A stretch of DNA of 64,000 nt. It comes from Lama guanicoe (taxonomy: Eukaryota). Of the stretch, positions 47,194-60,599 are shown in pieces (positions within the stretch are counted from its first letter, which is position 1; every line of letters begins with the position of its first letter). The notes under the pieces were generated by a model. That model searched no databases. It worked only from the letters and a program-made list of their open reading frames with translations, and had not been told where the DNA came from. Location of the stretch: contig MU054212.1 of NCBI GenBank assembly GCA_013239625.1, forward strand, positions 6,546,270 through 6,610,269. Direction: 5' to 3'. Both the position numbers and the translations under genes were made by a program.

Positions 47194-49758
47194 AATTTTT
47201 TCTTCTGATGCTTCTGTTCTCATTAAACTAAGAAGGAAGGCCCTCAGCTGAGAGGGAGGAGGGAGGTCTTGGGGAAAGAGGTATTTGAGGAGAGAGCAGG
47301 TGTGAAATAGTTAACTCGGAGGGTGGAAGAAAGCGCTGACCAGGGAAATTCAGTGGGGTTGGCTGGTTCATAGCCAGCATGGGTCAGTAGTAGCCAGTGT
47401 GGCTTTGTGGTTTTCTAGGTCCACATTTAGTTGCTGAGGGGGAGGAGAAAGATGCAAGAGAGGTTGGGTTTAATCAGAACTGGGGCTTTAGCAGGCAAGG
47501 ATAATAGGAGAGAGGGACATGGGTGCCCTGGCGGGTGCACTAATGTGACTATGGGGGGAGCAGGTGAACGTAACCTCGTAACCTCCATAAGGGGGGAAGT
47601 GAGGACGAGGGGAGGCGCACACGGGAAGGAGGAGGGCAGAGTGAAGGAGACCGGATAACCGCGGATAGCCGCCACATAAAGGGACAGCAGGTGGTAAAAT
47701 CTGAAGACATCCTCTAAGGTGGTGGGTTTTAAGGATGCAGGAGCGGCAATGATAAAGAAGTAGAAAAGCTACATGCCTCTAATAATATGAGGTCTGAGGG
47801 CGGGGGCGGGGAACAGAACACAGTCCCCATTGAAGAGGGTGATGGGAAAACAGTGCTGTCAGAGAACAGCCAGGTTTTGATTAGAAAAGAAGTTTGAGGG
47901 GACCATTAAGGGGAGAGTTTAAGGATTACAGGGATCTTGTTGATGTGAGACTATGAGTTCCAAGGTCCACGTGGGACGGTTCGGATGGTCTGATGGGTGG
48001 TAAATCAAATTTTATCTGGAGATGTACAGAAAGAGTTAAAAGTGCCAGAAGTGAGTATGACCCAAAAGACTGGGATTCCACAGAGAGGCTCCAGCTCAAG
48101 GAAGGTCACGTAAGAATGTTTGTAAGAATGTTTTTGTAGAATTTACAGTCATTTCCCTGCAGGAAAAAAAAAGTCACTTTTGATAGATTCCAAGGTTAAT
48201 TTCCAAATGTATATGAAGATGAACATTGTTAAGAGGAATGCAGTTGCATTGGAGGGCCATGAACCCCGCTGGAGGGAGCGGATTTTCTGTGTTGCTGTCT
48301 AAGGTCTGTCTCATAGGACTGGGAGGTACATAGTGCTCTGTGAAAACTGAATTGTCACCCCAAGACTGGTCTTTTACCTAGGAAGGGAGGTGGGCTGAGA
48401 GAGCACTGTCATTATAAACAGGACTTTGCAGTCTTCCTTGTCATGTGTTAGGTTTTAATTTGGCTTTCAAAAAAACCAAAAAAACAAAAAAACCATTCTG
48501 CAGATTCTTTCTTAGATAAACCTGCTGGCTATGCACTGTCTCCTTACAAATGCTCCATTCAGTTCAGATTACTTCCAAGGAAGAAGAGGTTAAACAGTAA
48601 ATGGAGAGTTTACAGTGCGTTGTGTATCTGCCAGGGTTTTATTTTTATTTTTGTTTTTTTTTTTAAAATAACATATCAAGTCTGTCATCACAAAGAAAAG
48701 TTAGAGGAGAGATACTAAATATCATTTCTGTTCCTAATTCAAATCTGTTTCTCCCAAAGCCCAGGAAATGTCTTCTTTCTGACACTGAAAGATATGGACA
48801 CACAAAGCTGATCTTGAGAAAAAAATGTCCCCTTCTCTTTAAAGAACTGTTCTTGGAGAGTGCCCTGTTTTCCTTTAAGACTGTCTAGAATGAACAGATG
48901 TAACAATTTTCTATAATTTGCCTTGGTGCAGATGCTGAAAGGGAACATTCCCAATAAAATATACACAGTATATGTAATTTCAGCTGGATGTTCTGGGGTT
49001 TTAAAGTAAAAATGTGTACCTGCAAGCTGTTTTATGGTTTCTCAGTCATAATGATCTCTGTTACACAGAAGGCTACAACTGCAACTCCTCCTTCACGTGC
49101 AAGATTTCCAAAAATACCTCGATAGTTTTGCTGTGTTCTGCAAGGCGCAGCGTTCTCCCTGCGTTTGGCTTGGGAAGTTATTAAAATGTTTCATTTCTCT
49201 CCCTGATGCATTTTCGAAGTAGTCGCCCCAACAGGGAGGATGGTGGGTCATCAGTGGATGAAGCCCTTGCAAAAGATGCAGCAGCCGGAGTGGGCTTCAA
49301 GTAAGAGATGCTGCAAAGGAACTGCAGCTGAGGTTACGTACCGCACGCCGGCAGATGACGCTCATTTACCGAAGCTGCGTGTTGTTATATTGATAACGTG
49401 GGAGAACGGGGGTGGGGAAGGTGGCGAGAATTCTTAATAGCTGCCGCTTGCTACCTGCCTCTAGGGAGTCTGGGCTTCTGCCAGTGGCTTTCCTCAGGGG
49501 ATGGATGAGGAGAGGGGCTGGGCGCCATGGCGAAGCCAAATCCCCAGACAGTCCGCGAGTGAACGCACTGCTGCGGACGCCCGCTGCCGGCTCAACGGCT
49601 GACCCTCCCTCCGTTGTCAGCCCGCTTCCCGACTGCCTCACTCGTCCCTGCTGCTCAGAAATACGTTTTCCATGGTCGTTACAAAATGGGCTGCCACCAT
49701 GGCCGTTCAGCACACACGTGCTTGTTGAGCACCTGCTATTAAGTAGTTCAGTAGTTAC

Positions 49759-49848
49759 CATTAGGGTTCCATTGGTCCTCTCCGCCCAGCACAAACAGGA
49801 AGTTTTCCACCTCCACAACGCAGTGGTGGGCACTGTTGTATGGCATAA
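49759..49848 (-). CDS. KLHL14: KLHL14 coding exon, first in window (90 bp): (I)MPYNSAHHCVVEVENFLFVLGGEDQWNPN(G)
   Basis: Manual translation of the minus strand gives a Kelch repeat with the GG motif that matches KLHL14 as I recall it. AG acceptor at 49850-49849, GTAA donor at 49758-49755. Phase fits the next exon. Confidence 0.95.
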
Positions 49849-52599
49849 CTGAAATTGAGAAAGAAAACAAAAAGACATATGAATTTTCCATCCTAGGACT
49901 TGCTGCCTTGGCTCACTAGTGACGTGCTCTCACCAAAGTGCATAAAATGTGAGACGAAATCAGAAGGAAGAAGGGCATGTAGACGGCGGAGCGGGGCACC
50001 CACCATCCACAGGGGCTCAACCGTGTCTTCCCAGCAACTGCAAACCCAACCCCTTCTGATTAATTTTACATAATGTTATTCCGCAGATTAGTCAAGAACA
50101 ACCTGTCGGGCTGCTTGCGATTCCTAAGTCCTCTTCACCTGCCCGATGAGGGGGATCGCAGTCTAAAACCATGACTGACATTCCCAAAGGGTCAGGACAG
50201 GGGCTTACTTCTTGGAAGAAATAAGCAGGCATACACTCGGAGCCATGAGGATGCTCTGCCCAAACTCGGCTGGCTGGCAGTCTTTCCACAAACAGACTCA
50301 GGGTGCTTGGTTGCTTTCTATTCCACAGCAATGAGCAAGCTGAATTTCCATACAGTTTTAAGTTTTTAAATTAAGGTCCTGCTGATTTAATGCCTTCTCC
50401 AAATGTATACGCTTAATTTCCTGTACAATGTCATTAGCAGCACAATCACACATTTTCTATCTATCTGCTTAAGAGCTCTTCTGGAACAAAGATAAAAACT
50501 GCCAGGGACATCACAAATATCCGTTCCCCTCGTCTGGCCCTCCTCTGCCCCAAGGTGGTGGCTGCAAGGAGGGGGTATGTTTCCGAAACCCACCAGAGCC
50601 CGGTTTCTCTGTATTTGTTCTCATTTACACTGTCTTTTGGGAGACACACACGACCGGAACAGGACGCCCCCGCCACCCCGCATGCAGAGCAGCGTTCGTC
50701 TCTGCTGTTACAGTATCATATGGTAAATGTAAACGTACATGGCGTTGGTTATCCTATCACATGCAGTGCTGTGGGCCCAGTGACACCCAGTAGGAAAAAT
50801 GATGTCCTTGTTCCGCTCATCATATGGGCACCTTAAATCTAGGTGAGGACAAATGGAGAGGTGATGTGCATGTTCAGGCAGGGAACTTATTGCTTGACAC
50901 GGATCAACAGAGCACTTAAGAAACCAGTGCACTGGGAAATCAATATGAGTCAGGGCCAGCTCTTACTTTGTACTCTTGTGCCAATGGTGAGGGAGAGAGA
51001 GAGAGCCTCTCTCATACCCAATTTATTTTGGATGATATATATCTCTCATTTCATTTTGTTTTTATTACCTTTTTAGTTTTCTCAGAATGCACTTTTGCTG
51101 GCTAAGATATGTAAATAAAAAGAAGAAGAAACAGGCATAGCTTTGAAACCTTTAACACAGCCTCTGAAAGAACAAATCAGATCATTTAAAGCCTCTTGTT
51201 TAAGGATTTTAGGAGTTTTAATTATTTTATTATGTATTCACTTTTTCCATGAATATTCATTGTTTTTGAATTTATATCCACAAGGGAGATGGCTTTGGTA
51301 CGGAAACCCTTGATTTCTGGGATGATGTAGAAATTGGGTGTGCCGTGGATTTGTGTAGTCCACGAATTAGATCGATTTGATTAAGGGAGTCATCTCAGGA
51401 ATGGCCTTCTGCCTCTTGACCCTCAGTTATCTCCTTAGAAAATGCTTCTAAACATACAGCTCCTGCCGACTTCACTTCTCAGAGCCCACTGGGGCAGAGT
51501 ATGTTGAGTTCGTGGAGCAGCTACCATTGGATGACGGCATATGTTTTGAACATCTTTTTTTCTTTTCTTAAATTAACTCACCATTGTTTGGATTTTGCTG
51601 CTGGTTCCAAACTACTGAACACAAAACTCTGCTACCCATATATTACGTATATCATGTACATCACGAACAGCCTGGCTTTACCCTGGTTTATCATAGTGGC
51701 ACCTGTGCAAACATACAGCGATGATCGTCACCTGTAAGCATCTCTTCAAGTGACACATGAGTATATGAAGAGGCCACTGACCACAACCAACATACTTCAT
51801 GACAACCACTCTTCCAGTATTTATTTTAAATTTTTGGTGAGTTTAATGCCCCCATTTTATAAATAAGAAAAAAACTGTTATTATGTTCTTTTTAACTGGA
51901 AGTCCAGCTTTGTAATACAGCACAGACTCTGTTGTTCTAGCCATTTACTTGCTCCCATTCGGGCGGAAATTAAGTGAAGGAAATAGTACATAATTTCTTC
52001 TTAAGCCTCTTTCTCATTTGATTACTTCTATTGTTATGCTTTATGCAAACAGAGGAAACTGTTGCACTAAACCTACGATTGAAACCATCAAAATAAGAGG
52101 GTCTTTGAAATGCTAATATAAAGGCTACTTGAAGATATTCTTATTTATCTACCAATTTTTTTCTCTTGTTTTAAAACTTTATACGCTATATTTCTTGGCT
52201 ATTTCAGCAATTTCATTCCTGAATTATTGTCTTTTCTGAATTATTACCATGAATCGAAAGGCTATAAATACACGCAAATAACTCTTAGATTTATTCTGCA
52301 TGTAAAATGCCCCAAATTTATTAGGGAAAAATCTACATGAAATCAGTGCTTGAGTTTTGCCAAAGACCTCGTTTCTTTGACTTCTGATTAAACCTGAAGG
52401 AAAGCAAAATAAAGGGGGCAGTGAGCAAGAGCAAACATCTGTTTAAAATGGCACTGGGTACCGCATTTATGTCTTTTAAATAACAAGGAAGACATGCCTG
52501 CTCCCATCCAGGGCTGGACGCCAGCCTCGCCCTCACAAGCAGGTATCATCCGAGAAGTCTGTACTCTGTGTTCCTATACAGGCCGGTGTGAGGTGTGAG

Positions 52600-52860
52600 T
52601 TTTTAGCGTGTCAGTCAGTGAGTTAGAGGGAAAGGGTAAAGAGAAGCTAATCAGGATGAAATGAGATTAAAGGCTGTCTAATTTTACAGCAACTGTGATC
52701 CATCAGCCACTGTGAAAGTGACAGTGGAAATGAATGATGGAGACAGACAGGTGGGGCTGTACATTTCACTGATTTATCCTCAAATGCACTGGGCCTTATT
52801 TTATTGAGTGAACATGACCGCATTTATCATGACTGTCATCTAAACCCACTTCCCTCCATT
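52600..52860. promoter_or_regulatory. Candidate intronic developmental enhancer (PBX-HOX/MEIS motif cluster)
   Basis: TGATGGAT (minus, 52698-52705), TGACAG (52719-52724), TGATTTAT (52770-52777) and TGACAG (minus, 52833-52838) in repeat-free sequence. Confidence 0.5.
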
Positions 52861-53556
52861 TAAAAAGGTCACTTTACTCGGAGGGAGTAGGAGAGAGGCA
52901 CTTTCAAATCAGATTTAAAACCGAACAACACGTGTTTATAAGGCCCTTTGTGAGAATTCTCGACTTTATGCAACAAACTAGCGGTGCTAGAAGGGAAGGG
53001 GGGAAAAGCCAGAAAACTGAAAACAAAGTAACCTTCCGTCATCCGAGGGAGCGCATTCATTTAGTCCCTAAATCTGAAGCCATTTGTACCATTTTTGCCT
53101 TTCCCATTCCACACACCTGCTATTCTATTCTGGTCTGGGGGGTTCAATAAAACATTTACATTTCGTATTTTTAAATTGAGAAAGTAGGACACAGGCCATA
53201 CCATCCAATAAACCTGGGGACGATATTAAGTCACAGTATTTACTCTGCAGAATGACTCGTCATCACACACTCAATAGACGTTACCAATTGCTACACGTTG
53301 AATCTCTGCCACAATTCACTTATATACCTGTTCGTTGTTTCCCCATAATTTTAAGGGCTTAAAAAGCTCAGTGACACAAATTCTTTTACCCCACCCTGTA
53401 CCAGTGCAATAAAATATCCTGGCATATTATGCACAGAATCGATCTTCGTGGATAAAAATGAAGGGTCAAACCCTCAGAGTACTTTGTGTTACTTTTCATA
53501 ATAGTAACCATCATTTGCCAAACATTTACGATGTGCCAGGCGCTGTGCAGATGCAA

Positions 53557-53632
53557 TATATATATATGTATATATATATATACACACACACACAAATATA
53601 CACACACACATATATATACACACACAGATATG
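53557..53632. repeat. Compound (TA)n(CA)n microsatellite
   Basis: atatatatatatgtatatatatatatacacacacacacaaatatacacacacacatatatatacacacacagatat. Confidence 0.9.
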
Positions 53633-56600
53633 TAATTATATTTGTATCTAGTTACCTATATTATAGTTGAAAATGTAAGTTTTGTTCTTGCTTCTGTTCA
53701 GGCAGAAATTGTGTGAGGGAAAAATATATGACATTATAATACATGATAAAATATGTCTATATTTTATTTACCTATAGCTTTTATTTAATACAACCAATTA
53801 CAAAGGAGACCTTCATTTTATTTCTGTAAGAAATACTGAGGCCTTGAGAGGTTAAGGCACTTGTTGAAGGTCATACTCAGCTAATGAATGGCAGAGATAG
53901 ACTCCAAACACAGGGACAGCAGGATCCCGCCCCACGCTCTTATCCATTTCACTCTACTGATTTTCAATAGGTATGTGCATCCAACCAGCAAGTAATTACT
54001 GAGTACCTGTGTGTTCAATGATGGTGCTCCTGAAATTTCTGTATAATTTTTTTGTATAGAATCATATTTTAGATGTTTACTATTTTCACATTTAAAGGAA
54101 TCCTTCGATTAAAGCAAGTGGACACTCCTTAAAAAATTTTTTTCTATAAATCCACCTGCTTAGATAGTGGATTTTCTTAAAAGTACAATATTATGTATTT
54201 GATGGAGCCAGAAAAACACTGACCAAATCAGCCAGTGGAGGATGGGTAGAGTCTCTTGGCAGAGAGTTTTTATTTTTATTTTTTCAAACAACAAGGGCAC
54301 ATTTCAACCTTGTAAACGGATCCAAAGTATCTTGGGTACAGAAGCCCCTTTCCTGCCATATCAGGTGTGCAGGGGTCTTGCTGTATTTATGAAGGCCTTA
54401 ATCTGCTAGAGACCCACACTGCTGTTTCCTTCCATATTTTATATCTAAGGAATATATACCTCTTTCAAAAGAAGGTATAGGTATCCTTTGCAACCACAAA
54501 TTTGCATGAGCATCCACATAAGAGATTGCACAGAGCTATGTCAAGTTTATGGGTTTGCTAAATAAATGGTTACTGAATGCTTATCATTTCTATGTAACAT
54601 TTATGAAGACCTTGATTTCCTTTTGGCTTCAAATACATAAATTTGCAAAACTGTCAAAGATGACATACTTAATCTTTCTGAAAAAGTAATGTCCGTGGTA
54701 AAACCACAATCTTATAAAAGGCAGTAACAATAGGCTTTCTCCCTATCACTGGCCCTCAGCCTTTCAGTTCCCCCCGGCAGACTCTGTCACTGTTACTGTC
54801 TTCTTGGATTTTCCTTCCAGAGAGACCACATCTACATCATTTTCCTTAATACAAATGGCATAGGTTCTATGGGCACACTTTTTAGTACCTTGCTATTTTT
54901 GCACTCAAGAATACATTCATTTATTCATTCCTCCCCAATCAAATATCTGTTCAGCTGCTACTGTATGTCAAGCAATGTTCTACCTGCTGGGGAAGTTATG
55001 ATGAACAGCATCAAGGAACGTTCTAGTCAGGGGAAGCACGTAGTAAAAGATATACACAAATAAATAGGTACTCTTGTGTCGATGATAAGTGCAATGAAGA
55101 AAAGTGAAGCAGGATAAGAAGGGACAGGGGGAGGAATTTTGACAGTGGTCAGGGAAGGCCTTTCTGAGTAGATGACTTTTGAGCAGAGAATTGACAGATG
55201 TGAGCAAGGCAGCCATGCAAGTGTAGATGCAGGAGTAGCAAGTGCAAAGGCCCTGGGGCACAGGTGTGGACTGTAGCTAGAACGGCAGGAAGACTAAGAA
55301 CAGAGGGATCTGAAATGAGGTCTGTGAGGGAGACTGAGACCAGCAATGGTGCAGTCTTGGTCAGAGACAACACTTGGATTGTCTACCATCACATTCTGTT
55401 TCAACAGCCACACAGTTTTCCATTTGATTGAGTGTCCCATAATACATTCCATTCCCTTTTGGGGCCATTAGTAAATGATGGCCATTTACTAATTCATTCA
55501 ACAAACATTTACTGAACACTCATTCTGTGCAGACACTTTTCTGGTTGCTGACAATGCACAGGGAGCTAAGCTGACAGTGTCCCGGATCTCCTAGAGCTTG
55601 CGTTACAGGGGAGAAAAGGACAGAAACAAATACACAACGGCATGCATAGGAGCACAGCCACGTGATGATGGACTATGTAAAGAGGGAAAACATGGGACCA
55701 TGTGTTAGAGGGTGAGTGCCTGGCTACTGCTCTAGCTGGGGTGGTCGGGGAAGGCCTCTCTGGGGAAGGGCACTGAAGGTAAATTTTGAAGGGTGAGATT
55801 GGGCCATTTTGAAGGGTGAGAAAGCAGAAGGATTCCAGGCAGAGACTCTGAAGCACAGATGAGCTGGATGTGCTTGAGGTGCACAGAGAAAGCCTCTGTG
55901 TTTAGAGTTCCAAGGGTGAGGGCCAAGGAAGCCTGAGAGAAGTCAGGAGGCAGGCAGAAGCGGGGTCCATGGTCTTCCTAAGCCAGGCTAAGTGATGTGG
56001 GTTTTATTCTTAGCATGATGGCAAGGCACTGGAGGGGTTTTAGCAGCAGGGAGACATCATCCGATGTAAGTTTTAAAAATATCACTCAGGCTTCTATGGA
56101 TGTTGTGGGAGCAAAAGGGGGAAATGGGGGGCGATGGGGTAGGGTGCTCTTCTATTGTCCAAGCGAAAGATGGTGGAGGCTTGATCAGGAAGGGGTGCTG
56201 AGGTTGGAGGGAAGGGGGTGTGTGTTGAAGGTTGCTGCTATGACAAACAGCCCCCTGCTGAGTGTCCTCGTGCACAACACTCATATACAGGAGTTTATCT
56301 ATAGGATTAATTCATCCAAGCGAAATTTCTGGGCCAAAGGATGGGTGCATTTAGATGGAGACCATCACACCATACCTACCCCCTTTTATATTGTATCTTT
56401 GCCAACGTGGTAGGTGAACAACCGGCGTCTAGTTAAAATGTATATCTCCATTTATTTAATTATGAAAGGAGTTGGGCACCTTTTCATATGTTTCAAATTC
56501 ATTTGTATTTTCTACATTTTTCTGTTGGTTTTTGTTTCCTTGATGAGTAGCCTATAATTATGTGATTTCAATTTTTAAAGTGCTCTTCTCTATGGAATGA

Positions 56601-59600
56601 TCTAAACTGGCAAAATCGATGATATTTTGGAAGCATGGTATTGCTAGAATATATATTTGTGAAATATTTACTTATTGAAGCGAATTCAAATAGCAATTAC
56701 AGGCTGTTGAAAAACAAATGCAACCTGAAAGAAAGATGCCTCGCTTTAATGACGTTGAATGAGTATTTCTTGCCATAGGATCATAGAGAATTTTTTTCTA
56801 AAAATTTTTTGATTTTATAGTAAACATAATTGAGAAACGTAAATGTTTAAAAATTTACTAGTTTAATCCTACCATCCTGTCTTTCTGCAAAGATCCAGCA
56901 ACTTGGCCACTGCTTTTCTGGAGATAGAAACAGACACGTACTAAAACATCTTTCATGAAGCAGGTGCTTGATAGTAATTACTGAGTAAATAATCCAGCGA
57001 AAAGGCTCTGTTATTTTTTTTTTCTGTTGTATTTGGGCTGTTCTATCCCTGTAAACTTACAAATAAATGGAAATGTTTTGTGAATTTGGGGATAATTTGA
57101 TCATTATGGATAGTTAGTCTGGAAAATTAAATCCTACAAGAAATCCACATGATCTGAAATGATCTGAATTCAAGAGTAAGTTGGTCGAGGTTCTGAATTA
57201 ATCCCAAACACATTCTCTCTCATTCTCAACTTGTTCTGCCCCCACGGAGCCAGGTTCCCATAGTCCCACTGGAGACAAAGTTATTGAAGTGAGATCAAGA
57301 TGTATCAATCTGAAAAAAAAGTGCTCATGTGTTAGGCTTTGGAGGCTGTACAAGAACCAAGGGCTTGTTTCTCTTTTGTAATTCAAAGCTGTGTCTCAGG
57401 GACCTGAGTCTTCCTGACGATGAGTATTGCTTTGTTATCTATCTGTGTAACTACTGCAGTACATGCGTGCCTTCCCTGTACACCTGCCAAGTCCTGATAC
57501 AGTGTATTAACATCACCTGTCGTTTGTGCGTCACCCTCTAGAGGATCTATGAGCTCCTTTGAGGCCAGACTGTGTCATCTCTATAGCTTTACGCTAAGCA
57601 CCGTGCCCAGAACGTAGGGCAGCACAGCTTTGGGTGCTGTTACAGCTTTTATACCTAATAGAGTCATTAGAAATATTAGTGAATCAATAAATGTTAGTAG
57701 CACGAACGAGTGAATGAAGAAAGACTGTGGAATTTGCTTTGGAAGATGTAAAAAATGTGACGGGTGCCTGAAGGAGGAATGAAGTCAACGAAGGAATGGG
57801 GGGAGAGGGAGAAAGATATGCTTTAGATCTGGGTTCTGTGGCTTCCAGAAAAGACGTCACCCTCAATGCAATACACACGTTAAACCAAGGAGGTTTGTAA
57901 GTTCTTCACAGAGTGACATTTCTTTAGGAACTACCATGGGCCTAACAGTGCCAGGGTCAAAGGTTTTCAATAAATCCTTGTCGATTCACAGTTTTATCTC
58001 TGAGCACTTAAAGGGAGGAGAGTGCTAACAACCAGCGAGGCTGAGGGGACTTAAAATAGGACTTCTATTAGCCATTGAAGCCAAACCGACTTTCAAGATC
58101 CTATTTTTATTTCAATTAGAATATTTTAACTATTATCTCCCAATACCATGGCTGTTATTACAACATAGCCACTATTTTATTTTGGCTACATCTTGGCATG
58201 TTAGAATTTAAAAATAGTTTTATTTTCACTTTTGGAAAGTAAAAAAAAAAATTGGGAATGAATTTGCAATTTTGTCCAAAGATTAGGGGTTTTTTTCCTA
58301 TTAAATAAAGCGTTGTGTTTTCAGAGACCCGCTGATGAAACATGCCAGTGCTTTGATGTTTGTTCTTTCCTTAGTGTCAGAACAGTGTCCTCCTGATCCA
58401 GTCTTCCTGGGGGAGTGAGAAATTGCACTTTTGTGCTGTTCTACACCTACAAAGGCTCATTTAAAAAACAGTCAACTCTGTGAATGAATGGAAGTCGCCG
58501 AGCAACACATATTATTTAAACTCGTGGAAGTAACAGCCAAAGGTCACTGGATGAAACGCAAGAGGACAGCGAACATGACTGGAGCAGCTTAAATGCTCTT
58601 AGATGGTGGCTTCCCGGTTGCCCCAAGTTACTGACGGCAGGAGGAAGGAAGCAGGTACGGGCCGTGTAACAAGGAACTGGGAGGAAGCGTTTTCTCGTGC
58701 AGACCACACATACTCCATGTTGGAAAGTGAACCCTGGTGGCTCCCGTTAAGACCCCGGAGATGTTGTCAAAAGAATCTTTATCAACTCATTCATTCATTC
58801 ATTGCATTCAAACGTATGTGGCGAGGAATTAGGTGCTGGGCTACACGCTGGGATGCCGCTCCTCTATTCCAGAGCTCACGGTGCAGAGAGGAAGAGAGCG
58901 TGTGAACGGAGACGTGGGACGCACCGTGTTCTAGGAGGAGAGCAGTAGAAGCACCAGGAAGGATGTGACTGTAGCTTCAGGGAGAAGTTGCCACACATAC
59001 ACCAGCTGCGTGGCTGCACCATTATCTTGCTCACCCCCGAGTCCCTAGTGCCTAGAAAAATGTCTTGTATACAGAAGGCAGCGGATAAATATTTGGTAAG
59101 TTGATGACAAAACAGTTGAGTTATATTGAATTGGATTTCTGTAACTGGCAGCCGACACTTTTAACTTTCAGCTGGAGAAAGTAAAGCAGTTTGGTTAGGG
59201 TGAAACGGTAATTCAGTAAGCATGTGGCTTTAGCTACCAGGGTCGATGCAGGAGACTTGCGTGCAATTTGCCCTTTTAAATGGAAGACGGTAGAGTGTCA
59301 TTCAGATCTAGGTTTGATATCTCGTAGCTGTGTGAATTTAGAAGTCTTGATTTTCTTCATCAGTAAGATGCAGATTGTAATATCTACCTCATAGGGCTAT
59401 TGTAAGAATTCAATGAAATTGGATAACTTACAGAAAGCACCAGGCTCCTTACAGAACAACTATAAAAGTTAGTTCTTTTATTGTCCCCTTTCCTTAGTTC
59501 CTCCTCTAAATATTCTTAGATAATTTAGTTTTACAAAGGACAAAAAAAAAAAACCTCCAAATAAGCAAAATTCCTTCCTTTGCAATATTAACTCGGCATG

Positions 59601-60599
59601 AAATTGTTAAACCATGGATTTGATATAGAACAGACTTAAAATACAGTTTTGGCTAATTGAGGAAGAAATGTATGGTTCCTGAAAGATTCACAGCTGGACT
59701 ATGGCTAGGATGAAGTGTTACAGGTCTACATATTAAGAGGTATGTTGTGGTCTAAACTACTTCCTCTCAACACACGTTTCATGAGAAGGATAAGAGATTT
59801 CATTTAGTTTTTACCTAACATATATCAGACACATGCTGGGTATAAAACAGAGAAGGATCCTCATGTCCAGTGGAGGAAAAATTTACGTGCACACAAAAAT
59901 ATAATGCAAAGTAGACTGTAGTTGATGATATAAGTCCAGAGTACAGAGAAGAATGAAGCAAATGAAGAATAATATGTTTCCAGTTGTCTTGGAACATAAG
60001 AGATACAAGGAGGTTTGTGCTGCGCCCTTGAAGGAAAGGTGGGCAATGGGCGGTGGAGAGGGGCCTGGGGACTCCAGGCAGTGCCGTCTGTGTGCACAGA
60101 GGCACGGGGGCTGGGGAACTGTTGGGCAGCTCTGTGGGGCTGAATGTCAAGTAATGGTTGAGAAGCAAAGGGATTTAAAGTTGGAAAAGCAGCGTGAGAC
60201 ACAGTCATGGAGGTCCTTGAGTACCAAAGAGTCCACTGCTCCCAGCAGAGAGGCCGTGAAGGTTTAGGGAAGGGAGGAAAGCCTTAACCCAGTGAACAGG
60301 GACTAGATCCTGTCCTTAGATCCTGCTAACATCCTTTCATCACCTGGGTATGTTTCTGCTCAAATAAAAAAGCCGTCATCTTAAAGATCATAAACGCAAC
60401 AAAAGAGATAAAGGTCTATTGGGAGAAAAAAGAAGAAGAGCGTAAGCATCTTCAAGTGTTGATTCAGAAAAAGGGAACCATAATCATGTGTAAAGAAAGG
60501 CTAAGAGGCAAAGAAATTGCAAGAGGGAGATATCAAGAGGGGAAAAAAGACCATTAACTAAAACGTGACAGTGGGTATACATGTATTACGTGTGGAGAG

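Noticed and set aside
49366..49878. 170-aa ORF (-) and 146-aa ORF (+) as independent genes
   Set aside because: They overlap the true 90-bp KLHL14 exon out of frame or antisense and extend through a GC-rich, stop-poor patch. No recognisable protein.
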